The notes under the pieces are model-generated. The model worked only from the letters and a program-made list of their open reading frames with translations. It made no database searches and was not told the DNA's origin. A DNA stretch of 64,000 bases from Hormoscilla sp. (GTDB taxonomy: Bacteria; Cyanobacteriota; Cyanobacteriia; Cyanobacteriales; Desertifilaceae): the NCBI GenBank assembly GCA_051439505.1, contig JBFRWI010000228.1, forward strand, positions 62,638 to 126,637. Direction: 5' to 3'. This document shows, piece by piece, positions 1-10,545 of the stretch (within the stretch, counting starts at the first letter, position 1; each line of letters begins with the position of its first letter). The translations under genes were made by a program, and so were the position numbers.

Positions 1-237
1 CTGAAACAAGAGCAAATCGATGCAGCATTGTCCTATATTGAAGCAAATCGCGATGCCGTGGAAGCGGAGTATCAGTTTGTTCTCAAGCAAGCGGAAGAGA
101 CGCGGCAATACTGGGAAGAGCAAAATCGCGAATTATTTGCTAAAATAGCTGCTCAGCCACCTAAACCAGGCATGGAGGCGGCTTGGGAAAAACTGAAAGC
201 CCAGAAAGCCAAACGTCTAGCTCGATCGACCACATGA
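1..237 (+). CDS. DUF433-like antitoxin, C-terminal part (truncated by window edge)
   Basis: Frame open from base 1 (LKQEQIDAALSYIEANRDAVEAEY) resembles cyanobacterial DUF433 proteins; stop overlaps next start (ATGA). Confidence 0.65.
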   Translation: MKQEQIDAALSYIEANRDAVEAEYQFVLKQAEETRQYWEEQNRELFAKIAAQPPKPGMEAAWEKLKAQKAKRLARSTT

Positions 238-629
238 TTTTCCTAGTAGATCATAATCTTGAAGGTCATGCTTTGATGATTTCAGGCAGTATTGCCGACC
301 AAGGTTGGCTCGAAATGCTGCCAATTCGTTTTATGACCTTTGCAGAACTCGAATTACCCATTGCTAGCAATGACCGAATAATTTGGCGATTTGCACAGGC
401 GAACCAAATGATATTGCTGACAGCTAATCGCAGTATGAAGGGTGAAGATTCTCTGGAACAGGTGATGCGTGAAGAAAATACACTAACTTCATTGCCAGTT
501 ATCACCATTGGCAATGCAAATCGCCTCCTGACCGATCTTGATTATCGCGATCGCTGTGTAGAGCGTATCATGGAAATTGTGCTGGATATTGATGACTATA
601 GAGGATCCAGGAGAATTTTTGTTCCGTGA
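234..629 (+). CDS. DUF5615-like PIN-domain putative toxin
   Basis: MIFLVDHN start, D..IW.FAQANQMILLTANR motif; ATG 234 coupled to upstream stop. Confidence 0.7.
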   Translation: MIFLVDHNLEGHALMISGSIADQGWLEMLPIRFMTFAELELPIASNDRIIWRFAQANQMILLTANRSMKGEDSLEQVMREENTLTSLPVITIGNANRLLTDLDYRDRCVERIMEIVLDIDDYRGSRRIFVP

Positions 630-713
630 TGAATTTGAACCGGCGATCGCCCATCCCATGCGATCGCCCATCCGCCCCGCTGATCGCCCCTCTGCCGTAC
701 CCTGTAAACAATG

Positions 714-773
714 GTAGGGGCACGGCATCCAAAATGTTTCGGTATAAATGATAATATAACAGCCGCCGTGCCC
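714..773. repeat. REP-like inverted repeat GTAGGGGCACGGC...GCCGTGCCCC
   Basis: Complementary arms read directly. Confidence 0.65.
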
Positions 774-833
774 CGGCATCAGTTAAATGGGGGTCGGGCC
801 ATACAAATTACTGCGGATGAGTATTTTTACTGA

Positions 834-862
834 TTGACATAAGGAAAAGACTTATTCATAAT
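834..862 (+). promoter_or_regulatory. sigma70-type promoter
   Basis: TTGACA-17 bp-CATAAT upstream of ORF 987. Confidence 0.6.
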
Positions 863-986
863 GGAGTATATGTTTTGTTCTGCCGAGCCGGAGTTAGGCC
901 ACTGTTGCTGGCTAACTGCCCCTAGACAGCAGTGATCGCGTATTTTCAGTCTAATCTATAGTTAGACATTCTTGAGTAGGAGTTGA

Positions 987-1619
987 ATGACAACGATGAG
1001 CAATCAAAACGATCCTAATGTTCAAGCCGCTAAGATTAATTTTCGTGGGACAATTATCGCTGCCGTGATAACTTCTTTGATAACTTCTTTGGTCCCATCA
1101 TCGGCAGGTGTGATTGTCAACGTTCACTTAAACAAGGAGACATCAAAAACAATCCAGGGAGTGAAAACTGAGATAGAAGATATAAAATCTTCTGCTAGTT
1201 CTATTCAGGGATTTAGATCCGCTACTTATGAAGATAAAAAGGGAAAAAAGTACAAAGTATTTGGTCCCGATACAATCGCTCCAATAATCGGTGTAGGAGA
1301 AGATAGAGATGTAAAGCGACAACTGTGGACAATCAAGAGCGAATACTCTGGATTTACAGCAAACTGGATTTCAGGAGACGCTAAAGGAAATCCCAGAATT
1401 AAGGATCAGGAATTCGCTTCACGTTTGCCCGCAGGATATGCCTATGGAACGGTTGCATATAGTTCTTCCAATGTGGGCGATACTTCTGGCGAGTGGCGTA
1501 GCGATCATCTCATTGGTGTTAAGCAGGTTGAAAATGAGCTTAAGATTTTTAAATTTCATAGATATCATAATCATATAACTCCTCAAGATATATTGACCCT
1601 CACGCTTGTACAAGAGTAA
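987..1619 (+). CDS. hypothetical protein with N-terminal hydrophobic helix
   Basis: 210 aa, AGGAG RBS, hydrophobic IIAAVITSLITSLV segment, AT-rich; no family recognised. Confidence 0.7.
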   Translation: MTTMSNQNDPNVQAAKINFRGTIIAAVITSLITSLVPSSAGVIVNVHLNKETSKTIQGVKTEIEDIKSSASSIQGFRSATYEDKKGKKYKVFGPDTIAPIIGVGEDRDVKRQLWTIKSEYSGFTANWISGDAKGNPRIKDQEFASRLPAGYAYGTVAYSSSNVGDTSGEWRSDHLIGVKQVENELKIFKFHRYHNHITPQDILTLTLVQE

Positions 1620-1738
1620 CTGCTGCCTTGCTAAAGTTGCTAAGTACGATCGTCCGATATGGTAGGGTAAGTTTGCTAGTTTCATCGCGACGCAACTATG
1701 ATTCTCTGCGGGTCAATTAGTCTCATCTTTATGCTATT

Positions 1739-1790
1739 AGTCGGTTTCAACCGACTTTAGCTATTAGCCGGGGGTTTGAACCCCCGGCGG
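1739..1790. repeat. double-hairpin REP/PATE-like element (relatives at 20351-20404 and 51556-51607 in opposite orientation)
   Basis: AGTCGGTTTCAACCGACT + TTAGCTATTA + GCCGGGGGTTTGAACCCCCGGC. Confidence 0.7.
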
Positions 1791-1807
1791 GCCATGAGTC
1801 TAATCGA

Positions 1808-4800
1808 CTATTCTACACCTTCAATCCGATCTTCCACCTCCTGATACAACTCCCGCAACCGATCCAAATTACTCTCCGATGTCTCCCAATAACCCCGTCC
1901 GTTCACCTCCAACAAAGTCGTGACAATCTTGCGGAACGAATGGGGATTCATATTCATCAAACGCTGACGCATAGCTTCATCTTCAATGAAGGTACTATTC
2001 ACGTCCTCGTACACCCAGTTATCTACCGCACCTGCCGTCGCACTCCATCCCATTGTATTCACCAAACGCTTCGACAGTTCCCGCACTCCTTCATATCCGT
2101 GTGACATCATCCCTTCGTACCATTTCGGATTTAACAACTTCGTCCGCGCATCTAAACGCACCGTTTCTGATAATGTCCGCACTTGCGCGTTCGCTGTCGT
2201 CGTATCCGCTATGTATGATGCCGGTTGCTTCCCATCCCCCCGCAAACTCGCGATCGTCTTCGTCGGGTCGCTATCGAAGTAATGGGATACATCCGTCAGG
2301 GAGATCTCCGAAGAATCCAAATTTTGGAAAGTAACTTCCGCAGTCTTCAGCGCTGACTCGAAGATCCGCCGATCTTCTCCCATCATACCCGGATTATCCG
2401 AGTCGAAGGCAAAGGATTTGCGTTTCAGATACATTTCCTGCAACTCCGACTCCTCTTCCCAGGTGCTGTTCTCTACCGCTAAGTTCACGTTCGCCGCATA
2501 GGAACCCGATGCATTAGAGAACACTCGCGTCGCCGCCTGGCGCAGGTGAATGCCCATTTCTTCTGCTTGCTGCAAGGCATGTTTGCGGACAAAATTTTGA
2601 GTCAGGGGTTCGTCCGCCTCCGCTGCCATCTTCACTGCTTTGTCTAGCAGGTTCATCTGATTGATGAATAGGTCCCGGAACACCCCAGAACAGTTGATCA
2701 CTACATCAATGCGCGGACGCCCTAACTCTTCTAAGGGGATCAGTTCCAGTTTGTTCACCCGCCCTAAAGCATCCGGTACCGGTTTCACCCCGACCATCCA
2801 CATCACTTGCGCCAGGGACTCTCCGTAGGTTTTGATGTTGTCCGTCCCCCACAGCACTACCGCGATCGTCTCTGGATAGGCCCCGCCATTTTGGGAACGT
2901 TGCCGTTCTAACAGGCGATCGACCACAATCTTAGCGGACTTAACTGCTGCTAAAGTGGGGATAGATTGGGGGTCCAGGGCGTGGATATTCTTACCCGTAG
3001 GCAAAACATCCGGGTTGCGGATGGGGTCGCCCCCGGGACCGGGCAAGATATATTCCCCTTCCAAGGCCCGCAATAAAGAACCCAGTTCTAAATCAGCACA
3101 AACCTGTTGCAGGCAGAATTCCAGATAGTTAAATAGAGGTTTAACTGGTTCCGGGTCAACCTGAGAGTAACCTGCATCATTTAATGCTGCGATCCAGGGG
3201 GTCTTCTTCCCCATGTTAAAGAAGTTGAGTTGGGAAACCTTCGAGATCCGTCCCTCCGCGTCCGTCCGTTCCTGTACCAAGGACCCCACAGCTGCGCGAG
3301 TTGCTTCGGTAATGCTTTGCAGCAACTCCACATCCTCTAATATGCCCTTGTCATTGCGAAGATAAATTTCATCCAGGTCCCGCCCGATCGACTCCGCGAT
3401 CATGCGGGGCAAACTCTTGATTCCTTCTTCCTCTCGGTCTAAACTAGCAATGTTCACCAAGGTCGCGATCGCCTCTTGGGCAGTCGGGGGTTTGCCAATC
3501 ACGTGCAACCCGCAAGGTAAGAGACGGGACTCGATCTCCATCAACTTGCCATAGACCTTACCCACCAAGGTATCCCGTTCTTCCGGACTCATATCCTTGG
3601 CATCTTTATCGGGCAAAGCGATATCATTCTCCAGATTCACCAACCGACATTTGTCCATGATCGTATTGACGATCGGGGTACCGCGTCCGGTATCCTTGAG
3701 AGTTTGATAGGACCCGATCAACTCGGACAATTCCTGCAACCCCTTGTACAACCCCGCATTTTCCGCCGGGGGGGTTAAATAGGAAATAGTTTCCGCATAA
3801 CTGCGGCGCTTAGCAATAGTTGCCTCAGAAGGATTATTAGCCGCATAGTAATAGAGATTGGGAATGCTACCAATCAGATTATCCGGGTAACAATCCCCCG
3901 ACATACCCATCTGCTTGCCGGGCATGAACTCCAGGGAACCGTGAGTGCCGAAATGCAAGACCGCATCCGCTTGCCAGAGATGTTCCAAATAGCTGTAATA
4001 AGCAGCAAACCCGTGATGGGGACTGGCAGAACGGGAGAACAGCAAGCGCATCGGGTCCCCTTCATAACCAAAAGTCGGTTGTACCCCAATAAACAGGTTA
4101 CCGAAATGCTTGCCGTAGATCAGCAAGTTCTGGCCATCGCTGTTCAGATGTCCCGGAGGCGGACCCCAGTTTTCATGCAACCGTTCCGAGTAGGGCGTCA
4201 GTTTCTCATACTCTTCGACCGACATCCGGTAAGCAATATTCAGTTCTGGAGTCGCATACTGGGCCTGGGCGTCGTGAATGACTTCCTGCATCAGGGCCTC
4301 AGCAGACTCCGGCAATTCTGGGATATCGTAACCATTACCCTGGAGTGCCTTCATCGCTTCATAGATGCTGGCAAATACGTCCAGGTAAGCTGCACTGCCC
4401 ACGTTCCCCTTATCCGGCGGGAAGCTGAACACCGTGATGGCAATGCGTTTCTCTAACTTCGGTTTCCGGCGCAGGGTGGCCCACTTCACCGCCCGTTTCG
4501 CCACTGCTTCGATCCGGTCCTGGAGGGCGATCGCCTTCCCAGTGTAGCTATCCCGTCCCGACATGATGATGGGTTCGATCGCCCCATCCAGTTCGGGAAT
4601 AGCAATTTGCAGAGCCACTTGAATGGGATGGAGTCCCAAATCGCTATCTTCCCATTCTTCCGTAGTTTGGAACACCAGGGGCAAAGCGACCATGTAAGGG
4701 CGGTTCAGGCGCTTGAGAGACTCGATGGCCTTGGGATGGTCTTGTCGGGCCGGGCCTCCGACCAAAGCGAACCCAGTCAGGGAGACCACCGCATCCACCA

Positions 4801-5785
4801 AGGGGACAGCACTCTTACCCAACTTATCCCAGAAATAGGCATTCACGGGCTTAGAAAAATCCAAACCCCCCGCAAATACTGGAATTACCCGGGAACCCAT
4901 GGCTTCCAATTCCTGTACCATAGCCACATAATGGGCATCATCTCCCGTGACCAAGTGAGTCCGTTGCAGCACCAAACCCACGCAAGGGGCCAGAGGATCC
5001 TTGAGATCCTCCGATATATCATCCCGGTTGTTGTACCAGGTGAGATAGTCCTTCACCTCCTCAAACATCTGGGGGGCCAAGGGATGCCAAACTCCCATAT
5101 CCGGATAGACCACCGGATCGGCGAAAGTCAACTGCTGCCGTTCCTTGAGAACGTAGTTATTCGCCAGCATCAGCAGGAAGTTTTCCAGGTTCTCCGCCGA
5201 ACCCCCCAACCAGTATTGGAAGGAAAGCATGAAGTTGCGGGCATCCTGGGCCCGGTCCATGGGCATGTACTTGAGGATTTTCGGTAGGGTTTGCACCACC
5301 TTCAGCATCGAGTCCTGGAAGGACGAACCCGACTTTTCCTTCCGCTTGCGCATGAACTGGGCGATCGCGCTTTTACTTTGCCCCAGGTTTTCCATGGAGA
5401 AACTGCCCATTTTATTCAGGCGCATCACCTCCGGCATGGAGGGGAAGACGATCGCCACATCCAGGTTATCCCGGTGGGGTTCTACCGCCGCCACCACCTT
5501 TTGGGCCAAATCTTCGATAAAAATCAGGGAAGCAATGAATATATTGGCATTAGCGACATCTGCTTGGAATGCTGCGTAATTTTCCGGATCCCGGAGTTCC
5601 TCGATCAGATAACCGCTGAGATTCACCGCCAGATTGGGGTTATGCTCGTTAAGGTCGTTAACGGCAGCAGACAGAGCACTTTGGTACTGGGACTCCAGCA
5701 CCACATATACCACCTTAACCAACTTCCGCTCCCCGAGGCGATCGGGGGCAATGTGGCGAATGGTGGACTTAACAGTTGTAAACAT
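1808..5785 (-). CDS. chlH: magnesium chelatase subunit H
   Basis: About 1325 aa; [40 protein letters not shown] motifs; start at MFTTVK. Confidence 0.98.
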   Translation of the reverse strand: MFTTVKSTIRHIAPDRLGERKLVKVVYVVLESQYQSALSAAVNDLNEHNPNLAVNLSGYLIEELRDPENYAAFQADVANANIFIASLIFIEDLAQKVVAAVEPHRDNLDVAIVFPSMPEVMRLNKMGSFSMENLGQSKSAIAQFMRKRKEKSGSSFQDSMLKVVQTLPKILKYMPMDRAQDARNFMLSFQYWLGGSAENLENFLLMLANNYVLKERQQLTFADPVVYPDMGVWHPLAPQMFEEVKDYLTWYNNRDDISEDLKDPLAPCVGLVLQRTHLVTGDDAHYVAMVQELEAMGSRVIPVFAGGLDFSKPVNAYFWDKLGKSAVPLVDAVVSLTGFALVGGPARQDHPKAIESLKRLNRPYMVALPLVFQTTEEWEDSDLGLHPIQVALQIAIPELDGAIEPIIMSGRDSYTGKAIALQDRIEAVAKRAVKWATLRRKPKLEKRIAITVFSFPPDKGNVGSAAYLDVFASIYEAMKALQGNGYDIPELPESAEALMQEVIHDAQAQYATPELNIAYRMSVEEYEKLTPYSERLHENWGPPPGHLNSDGQNLLIYGKHFGNLFIGVQPTFGYEGDPMRLLFSRSASPHHGFAAYYSYLEHLWQADAVLHFGTHGSLEFMPGKQMGMSGDCYPDNLIGSIPNLYYYAANNPSEATIAKRRSYAETISYLTPPAENAGLYKGLQELSELIGSYQTLKDTGRGTPIVNTIMDKCRLVNLENDIALPDKDAKDMSPEERDTLVGKVYGKLMEIESRLLPCGLHVIGKPPTAQEAIATLVNIASLDREEEGIKSLPRMIAESIGRDLDEIYLRNDKGILEDVELLQSITEATRAAVGSLVQERTDAEGRISKVSQLNFFNMGKKTPWIAALNDAGYSQVDPEPVKPLFNYLEFCLQQVCADLELGSLLRALEGEYILPGPGGDPIRNPDVLPTGKNIHALDPQSIPTLAAVKSAKIVVDRLLERQRSQNGGAYPETIAVVLWGTDNIKTYGESLAQVMWMVGVKPVPDALGRVNKLELIPLEELGRPRIDVVINCSGVFRDLFINQMNLLDKAVKMAAEADEPLTQNFVRKHALQQAEEMGIHLRQAATRVFSNASGSYAANVNLAVENSTWEEESELQEMYLKRKSFAFDSDNPGMMGEDRRIFESALKTAEVTFQNLDSSEISLTDVSHYFDSDPTKTIASLRGDGKQPASYIADTTTANAQVRTLSETVRLDARTKLLNPKWYEGMMSHGYEGVRELSKRLVNTMGWSATAGAVDNWVYEDVNSTFIEDEAMRQRLMNMNPHSFRKIVTTLLEVNGRGYWETSESNLDRLRELYQEVEDRIEGVE

Positions 5786-5947
5786 ATGATCCTTATGATT
5801 GCGCGTTCTATTCAACCGGTCCCCTAAAAGACTGAATCCTTAAAGGGGCCCTAAGAGTTTTTTAACAGAAAAAGCGTACCAGTGAGCGTACCAGTGAGTA
5901 TTTTTGCCGCGTTCTGACACATTTTGTAAAGAAACTTGTCACACTCC

Positions 5948-5965
5948 TTTACATTTATTTACAAA
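5948..5965. promoter_or_regulatory. HLR1 (RpaB-binding) direct repeat upstream of chlH
   Basis: TTTACATT-TA-TTTACAAA matches (G/T)TTACA(T/A)(T/A)-N2-repeat. Confidence 0.7.
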
Positions 5966-6093
5966 CATGAGATTATTTAATCTCGTTGATAGAAAAAACT
6001 TATATATCAACCTCTTGACAACAGAGCACTGCTGTCATAGGTTACTGTCCCACAAGGCCACAGGCTACTTATCTGTGTATTTTCAGGGGATTT

Positions 6094-6136
6094 AGGTGGG
6101 ATATAGGTGGGATATAGGTGGGATATAGGTGGGATA
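6094..6136. repeat. 11-bp tandem repeat GGTGGGATATA, about 4 copies
   Basis: Read directly. Confidence 0.9.
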
Positions 6137-6273
6137 GTCTGGGAGGGAATTATTTTTTGTTTTGCAACTGTTGTGGGGAGGCAAGTGTAAAATTATTCGG
6201 TGTCACCACCCTGTGAGGGAAGATGCCCAGAAATTACTCTCAGCTGCAGTAGGGTAAGGGCGATAGAAGAAGA

Positions 6274-6429
6274 TATAGCGAATCTCGGCATTGATGTAGT
6301 ATATTTTATATCTCTTATTTGTCATTGCGAGGGGGGGGATAACCGCGATCAACTTATGCTTTATACGTTAACCCCCCCCCGAAGCAATCTCACCAATCGC
6401 ATATCACACAAAGGGCGAGAACTGCTATA
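6274..6429. mobile_element. MITE-like element, copy 1 (copy 2 at 50447-50601)
   Basis: Near-identical about 155-bp copies with TATAGC...GCTATA ends and internal GTCATTGCGAG...CGAAGCAATCTC. Confidence 0.75.
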
Positions 6430-6576
6430 GAAGAATATAAAGATTTGTAAAAAAGACTGGACAGCCTCAAAAAAAGATGTCATAAAAAAATTACTCCCCG
6501 CAGTTGCTGATGACGACCCACGTCGCTACCGCTAGGGGGCAAACAATTGAGAGAATGAACAAGCAAGGAAAAGGAA

Positions 6577-6819
6577 ATGCTAAAAAAAATCACGTCGAAA
6601 CTCTGTCTCGCTGTTCTCGGGGTGACATTGCTTGGTCTACTCTCACTCAGCGGGGCGCCAGCGGCGCTGGCACTGAATCTGAATGTCAGTGCAGCGCCAG
6701 CGCCGCAGATGTTGTTGGCAGATGCCGCCGGTAAAGAGTGTTTACGAGATTGCATGGAAAAAAGCGGAATGGGAATAAAGGCATGGAACCAGTGTAAAGA
6801 GGACTGTAAGTCAGAGTAA
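6577..6819 (+). CDS. small secreted cysteine-containing protein
   Basis: Sec-type signal ending APAALA; C-terminal CX3C-X13-CX3C; AAGGA RBS. Confidence 0.75.
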   Translation: MLKKITSKLCLAVLGVTLLGLLSLSGAPAALALNLNVSAAPAPQMLLADAAGKECLRDCMEKSGMGIKAWNQCKEDCKSE

Positions 6820-6840
6820 GTAGGGTAGGCACCGCCCACC
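6820..6840. repeat. REP-like GTAGGGTGGGCAnnGCCCACC family (also about 15070, 20426, 24945, 24988, 35985, 40154, 52441, 54207)
   Basis: Recurrent short hairpin at gene 3' ends. Confidence 0.8.
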
Positions 6841-7007
6841 ATCAGCTGCCGATCCCCCACGACTAGCTACTGGTACGGTATAAAGAATTGCATGTCACCC
6901 AAGACATGTGAGGACAAAAAATGGTCCGATCGGGCTGTGCGATCGGGGGGCGATCCTTACCATCGTCAGGCACGTCATCAAGTATCATTCCTCTCCTGAT
7001 GCTCTTT

Positions 7008-7724
7008 TCAGTCCAACTCAGAACACCGATAGAGGCGATCATATTTTGATAATTGCGCAACATAGGTATAGAGATTCGATATGTATGCCTCTATTTCTAC
7101 CTTCATTTGCTCCCTGAGACATTCGATCAACATATATTTAGGTCGATACTTATCAAAATCTAATCCTTGCAAGACATTCAATTCATAACCTTCGACATCC
7201 AGAGAAAATAAATCTATTTCCTTGACGTTGTGTTCATCTAAAATCGAAGTCAATGTCCTGGCAGGCACGTCAACTTTATAAGAGTTGATAGAAAAAGCTT
7301 TGCTAGCTTTTTCTATATGCTTAGTATCCCCTGACATAGCCCCAGTGACTAGGGACATGAGATGTCCCTAGTTCATTTCCACAGTGGGTTCTGGATAATC
7401 ATCGGACACTAAAGCATAATTTAAGCAGATTGAATGGGGACGTTCGCGCACGCACTCTCGATAAAGTTCGGGAATAGGTTCGATCAAAATGCCTCGCCAA
7501 CCTTTAATTCGCTCTAAGTAGTAGGTATTGCTCTGGTCAAAGCCATCATTGGCTCCAGCTTCGATAAAAAAGCCTCGGTTGGGGAGGTGTTTTTGTAGTT
7601 TCCGGTCCATACCCTTGAGTGCCGGTCGGGAATAGCGATCGCTCCCCCAAAGTTCAAACAAACGTCGGCGATATCTCTTACCTAATTTTTTAACCTGTTT
7701 TAGCTTCAGCATGGCCTCACGCAA
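7008..7724 (-). pseudogene. FkbM-family methyltransferase interrupted by an in-frame TAG at 7368-7370
   Basis: FIEAGANDG..SNT and IDLFSLDVEGYE motifs in two same-frame ORFs separated by one stop. Confidence 0.85.
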
Positions 7725-7827
7725 GCAGATTGAACCAAATGTATAGGTATGATAGCAGCAAAACAGGGACTGTGTCAGTTAAAATAAAAGACGCCCACTT
7801 AAGTTAAACAGGACAGAGGTTAATCCC

Positions 7828-8550
7828 TTGCTCACCCTAGGCGTTAACATCGACCATATTGCGACCATCCGGCAGGCCCGACGCACCGTAGAACCAGACC
7901 CAGTGGCCGCCGCAGTGCTGGCAGAACTGGCCGGTGCCGATGGCATTACGGCCCATCTGCGGGAAGACCGCCGGCATATCCAAGACCGGGATGTCCGCTT
8001 GCTTCGCCAGACGGTCCGCACTCATCTGAATTTGGAAATGGCCCCCACAGAGGAAATGGTGAACATTGCCCTGGACGTCAAACCGGACTATGTCACTCTG
8101 GTGCCCGAAAAGCGGGAAGAGGTGACCACCGAAGGAGGACTGGATATAGTCGGTCAAGTCTCGCGTATCGCCTCCATAGTGGACAAGTTGCAAACTGCGG
8201 GAATTCCAGTTAGTCTATTTATTGATGCGGACCAGGCCCAGATTGCCGCTTCTGCCCAGGTAAAGGCAAAGTTTATCGAACTGCACACCGGCACCTACGC
8301 GGAAGCTAAGGATGAAGCAGGTCGCCAGGGGGAATTAGATATTTTAGTAAAAGGATGCGCCCAGGCGATCGCGGCAGGTTTGCGGGTCAACGCCGGACAT
8401 GGACTGACTTACTGGAATGTCTGCCCAGTGGCTAGTATTCCAGGGATGGAAGAACTCAACATCGGTCATAGTATCATTAGCAGAGCAGCCCTGGTAGGAT
8501 TAGAAAGAGCGGTGCGGGAGATGAAGCAAGCCATGCGCGGACAATTGTGA
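7828..8550 (+). CDS. pdxJ: pyridoxine 5'-phosphate synthase
   Basis: [39 protein letters not shown]. Confidence 0.97.
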   Translation: MLTLGVNIDHIATIRQARRTVEPDPVAAAVLAELAGADGITAHLREDRRHIQDRDVRLLRQTVRTHLNLEMAPTEEMVNIALDVKPDYVTLVPEKREEVTTEGGLDIVGQVSRIASIVDKLQTAGIPVSLFIDADQAQIAASAQVKAKFIELHTGTYAEAKDEAGRQGELDILVKGCAQAIAAGLRVNAGHGLTYWNVCPVASIPGMEELNIGHSIISRAALVGLERAVREMKQAMRGQL

Positions 8551-8609
8551 CTTGTATTTTGTCAATCATTATGGTAAACAGTTAAAAACTGCGCTTAAGA
8601 GGACCGTAA

Positions 8610-8773
8610 TGTCATTGCGAGGGGGGGGATGCTTGAGAGAGTCTTGTGCCTTAGGAGTAACTTCCCCCCGAAGCAATCTCTTATCTAGCAGGACCGCCGG
8701 AGATTGCTTCGGGGGGTATCCCAGACGTTTTTCCTAAAATAGTGGTCAGGTTCCCTCCCCCCTCGCAATGACA
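8610..8773. repeat. head-to-head pair of GTCATTGCGAG...CGAAGCAATCTC REP-like units
   Basis: Unit 8610-8680 and inverted unit 8700-8773; same family near 6322, 42106, 47680, 47794, 50495. Confidence 0.8.
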
Positions 8774-8858
8774 TATTCAATGCCCGTTAGCGCAAGTCGA
8801 TCTCTTTGATAGTAGATCGTGGTAAAACGGCAAAGCAGTAAAGTTACAGCAATTGAGC

Positions 8859-9188
8859 ATGCAAACATATTATTACGTAGCAGCTTCTCAAAAGTTTCTG
8901 ATCGAGGAAGAACCCTTGGAGGAAGTTCTCAGAGAACGGACAAATGACTACAAGGCCAAGGAAAAGGAGATTGATTTTTGGTTAATTGTACAGCCAGCAT
9001 TTCTGGAAGCGCCAGAAATGGCAGAAGCGAAGCAGAAATGTCCCCAACCAGCAGCGGCGATCGTCTCTACGAATGAGCAATTTATTACCTGGTTAAAATT
9101 GCGCTTGGAGTACGTCCTGACGGGTAAATTTTCCGCCCCTTCTGAGACGATACCCGATCCCATAGCTTCCCTAGTGTCAGCATCCTAG
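8859..9188 (+). CDS. ycf54: Mg-protoporphyrin monomethyl ester cyclase accessory protein Ycf54
   Basis: YYYVAASQKFL.EEEPLEEVLRER, DFWL, FITWLKLRLEYV. Confidence 0.93.
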   Translation: MQTYYYVAASQKFLIEEEPLEEVLRERTNDYKAKEKEIDFWLIVQPAFLEAPEMAEAKQKCPQPAAAIVSTNEQFITWLKLRLEYVLTGKFSAPSETIPDPIASLVSAS

Positions 9189-9195
9189 CTTGGGT

Positions 9196-9231
9196 ATTGT
9201 GGGGGATGAAACACTATTCATTTCCCACAAT
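9196..9231 (+). terminator. hairpin downstream of ycf54
   Basis: ATTGTGGG...CCCACAAT stem; no clear U tract. Confidence 0.4.
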
Positions 9232-9313
9232 CGCAAATAATTTGGAGATTGACAACTAAGAAATAAAAATTAGCAAATAACCAATAATAACTAAGGAATC
9301 AAGATTAGCAATC

Positions 9314-10417
9314 GTGTTTGACTGTATTATCGTAGGTGCAGGACCAGCAGGGGGAACGGCTGCTTATCATTTAGCTAAGCGGGGATGTTCTGTGTTACTG
9401 CTAGAAAAGGCAGAGTTGCCTCGCTACAAACCCTGTGGCGGTGGGGTTTCCCCCGCAGTTCAAGAGTGGTTTGATTTCGATTTGACTCCTGCTATCTCTC
9501 TCAAGGTGAACTCGGTATGCTATACTTGGAATCAAGGAGATCCCGTAGAGGTAACTCTGGATGTTCCTCCTATCTGGATGGTAAGGCGAGAGCGGTTTGA
9601 CTACTTTCTGGTTAAGCAGGCGATCGCCCAAGGGGCCCAACTCCGAGACAAGACAGCAGTAACGGGAATAGAATGGCAGGGCAGTTACTGGCAGATAAAC
9701 ACGGCAGGTGAACCAGTAACAGGTCGCTATGCGATCGCCGCCGATGGCGCCAACGGTCCGATGGCGAAATGGCTGGGTTTCCCACAACGTAAGTATACTA
9801 TGGGCTCGGCTTTGGAAGCAGAAATTCCTACCAAACAGCAAGAATTAACTAGCGCCTATTTTGAATTAGGTGCGATAAAAAAAGGCTATGGTTGGAATTT
9901 TCCTAAAATTGATGGCTACTCCCTCGGGGTGGGCCGTTTCTGGGGGAAAACTTCGGTAAAGTTCAAGCAAAAATTAGTAGAATATGCTAAGATGTTTAAT
10001 GTGGATGGGATAAATAAGCCCTATGGTCATCCCATCTATTTGTGGAACGGAAATCAAAAGCTCCACGCACAAAATGCAGTGTTAGCAGGAGAAGCCGCCT
10101 GCGTGGTAGACCCCTTTACCGCTGAAGGAATTCGTCCTTCGATCTTCAGTGGCCTGCGCGCGGCCCATGCCATTGCTGAGGCGATCGCGGGGGATATAAA
10201 TGCCCTGGAAAAATACACCACTACCATGAAAGAAGAGTGGGGTGCTGAGATGATCTGGGCCCAGCGAATAGCCCGGGCATTTTACAACTTTCCCAGCATC
10301 GGTTACAAAGCGGGTATCAAACAACAGAGTAACACCATCACCATGACCAAGATTTTCGCAGGGGAACGGCGCTACTCCGATGCGGCAAAATCAGCATTAA
10401 AACGCTTGCTCGGCTAA
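9314..10417 (+). CDS. geranylgeranyl reductase family FAD oxidoreductase
   Basis: GAGPAG, PRYKPCGGG, GYGWNFPK, GEAACVVDPFTAEGI. Confidence 0.9.
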   Translation: MFDCIIVGAGPAGGTAAYHLAKRGCSVLLLEKAELPRYKPCGGGVSPAVQEWFDFDLTPAISLKVNSVCYTWNQGDPVEVTLDVPPIWMVRRERFDYFLVKQAIAQGAQLRDKTAVTGIEWQGSYWQINTAGEPVTGRYAIAADGANGPMAKWLGFPQRKYTMGSALEAEIPTKQQELTSAYFELGAIKKGYGWNFPKIDGYSLGVGRFWGKTSVKFKQKLVEYAKMFNVDGINKPYGHPIYLWNGNQKLHAQNAVLAGEAACVVDPFTAEGIRPSIFSGLRAAHAIAEAIAGDINALEKYTTTMKEEWGAEMIWAQRIARAFYNFPSIGYKAGIKQQSNTITMTKIFAGERRYSDAAKSALKRLLG

Positions 10418-10545
10418 TTGCTAATTGCTAATTGCTAATTGCTAATTGCTAATTGCCCCATTATCCATTCTGTATTCGGCCATTAACCATTAGCCATTAA
10501 CCATTAGCCATTAACCATTAGCCATTAACCATTAGCAATTAGCCA
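10415..10545. repeat. STRR-like heptamer arrays (TAATTGC)n and (CCATTAA/G)n; similar near 28880-28950
   Basis: Read directly between convergent genes. Confidence 0.9.

Noticed and set aside
1986..5827. Long plus-strand ORFs opposite chlH, and similar ones opposite pnt, GH13 and Mo-subunit genes
   Set aside because: Antisense shadows of well-supported genes
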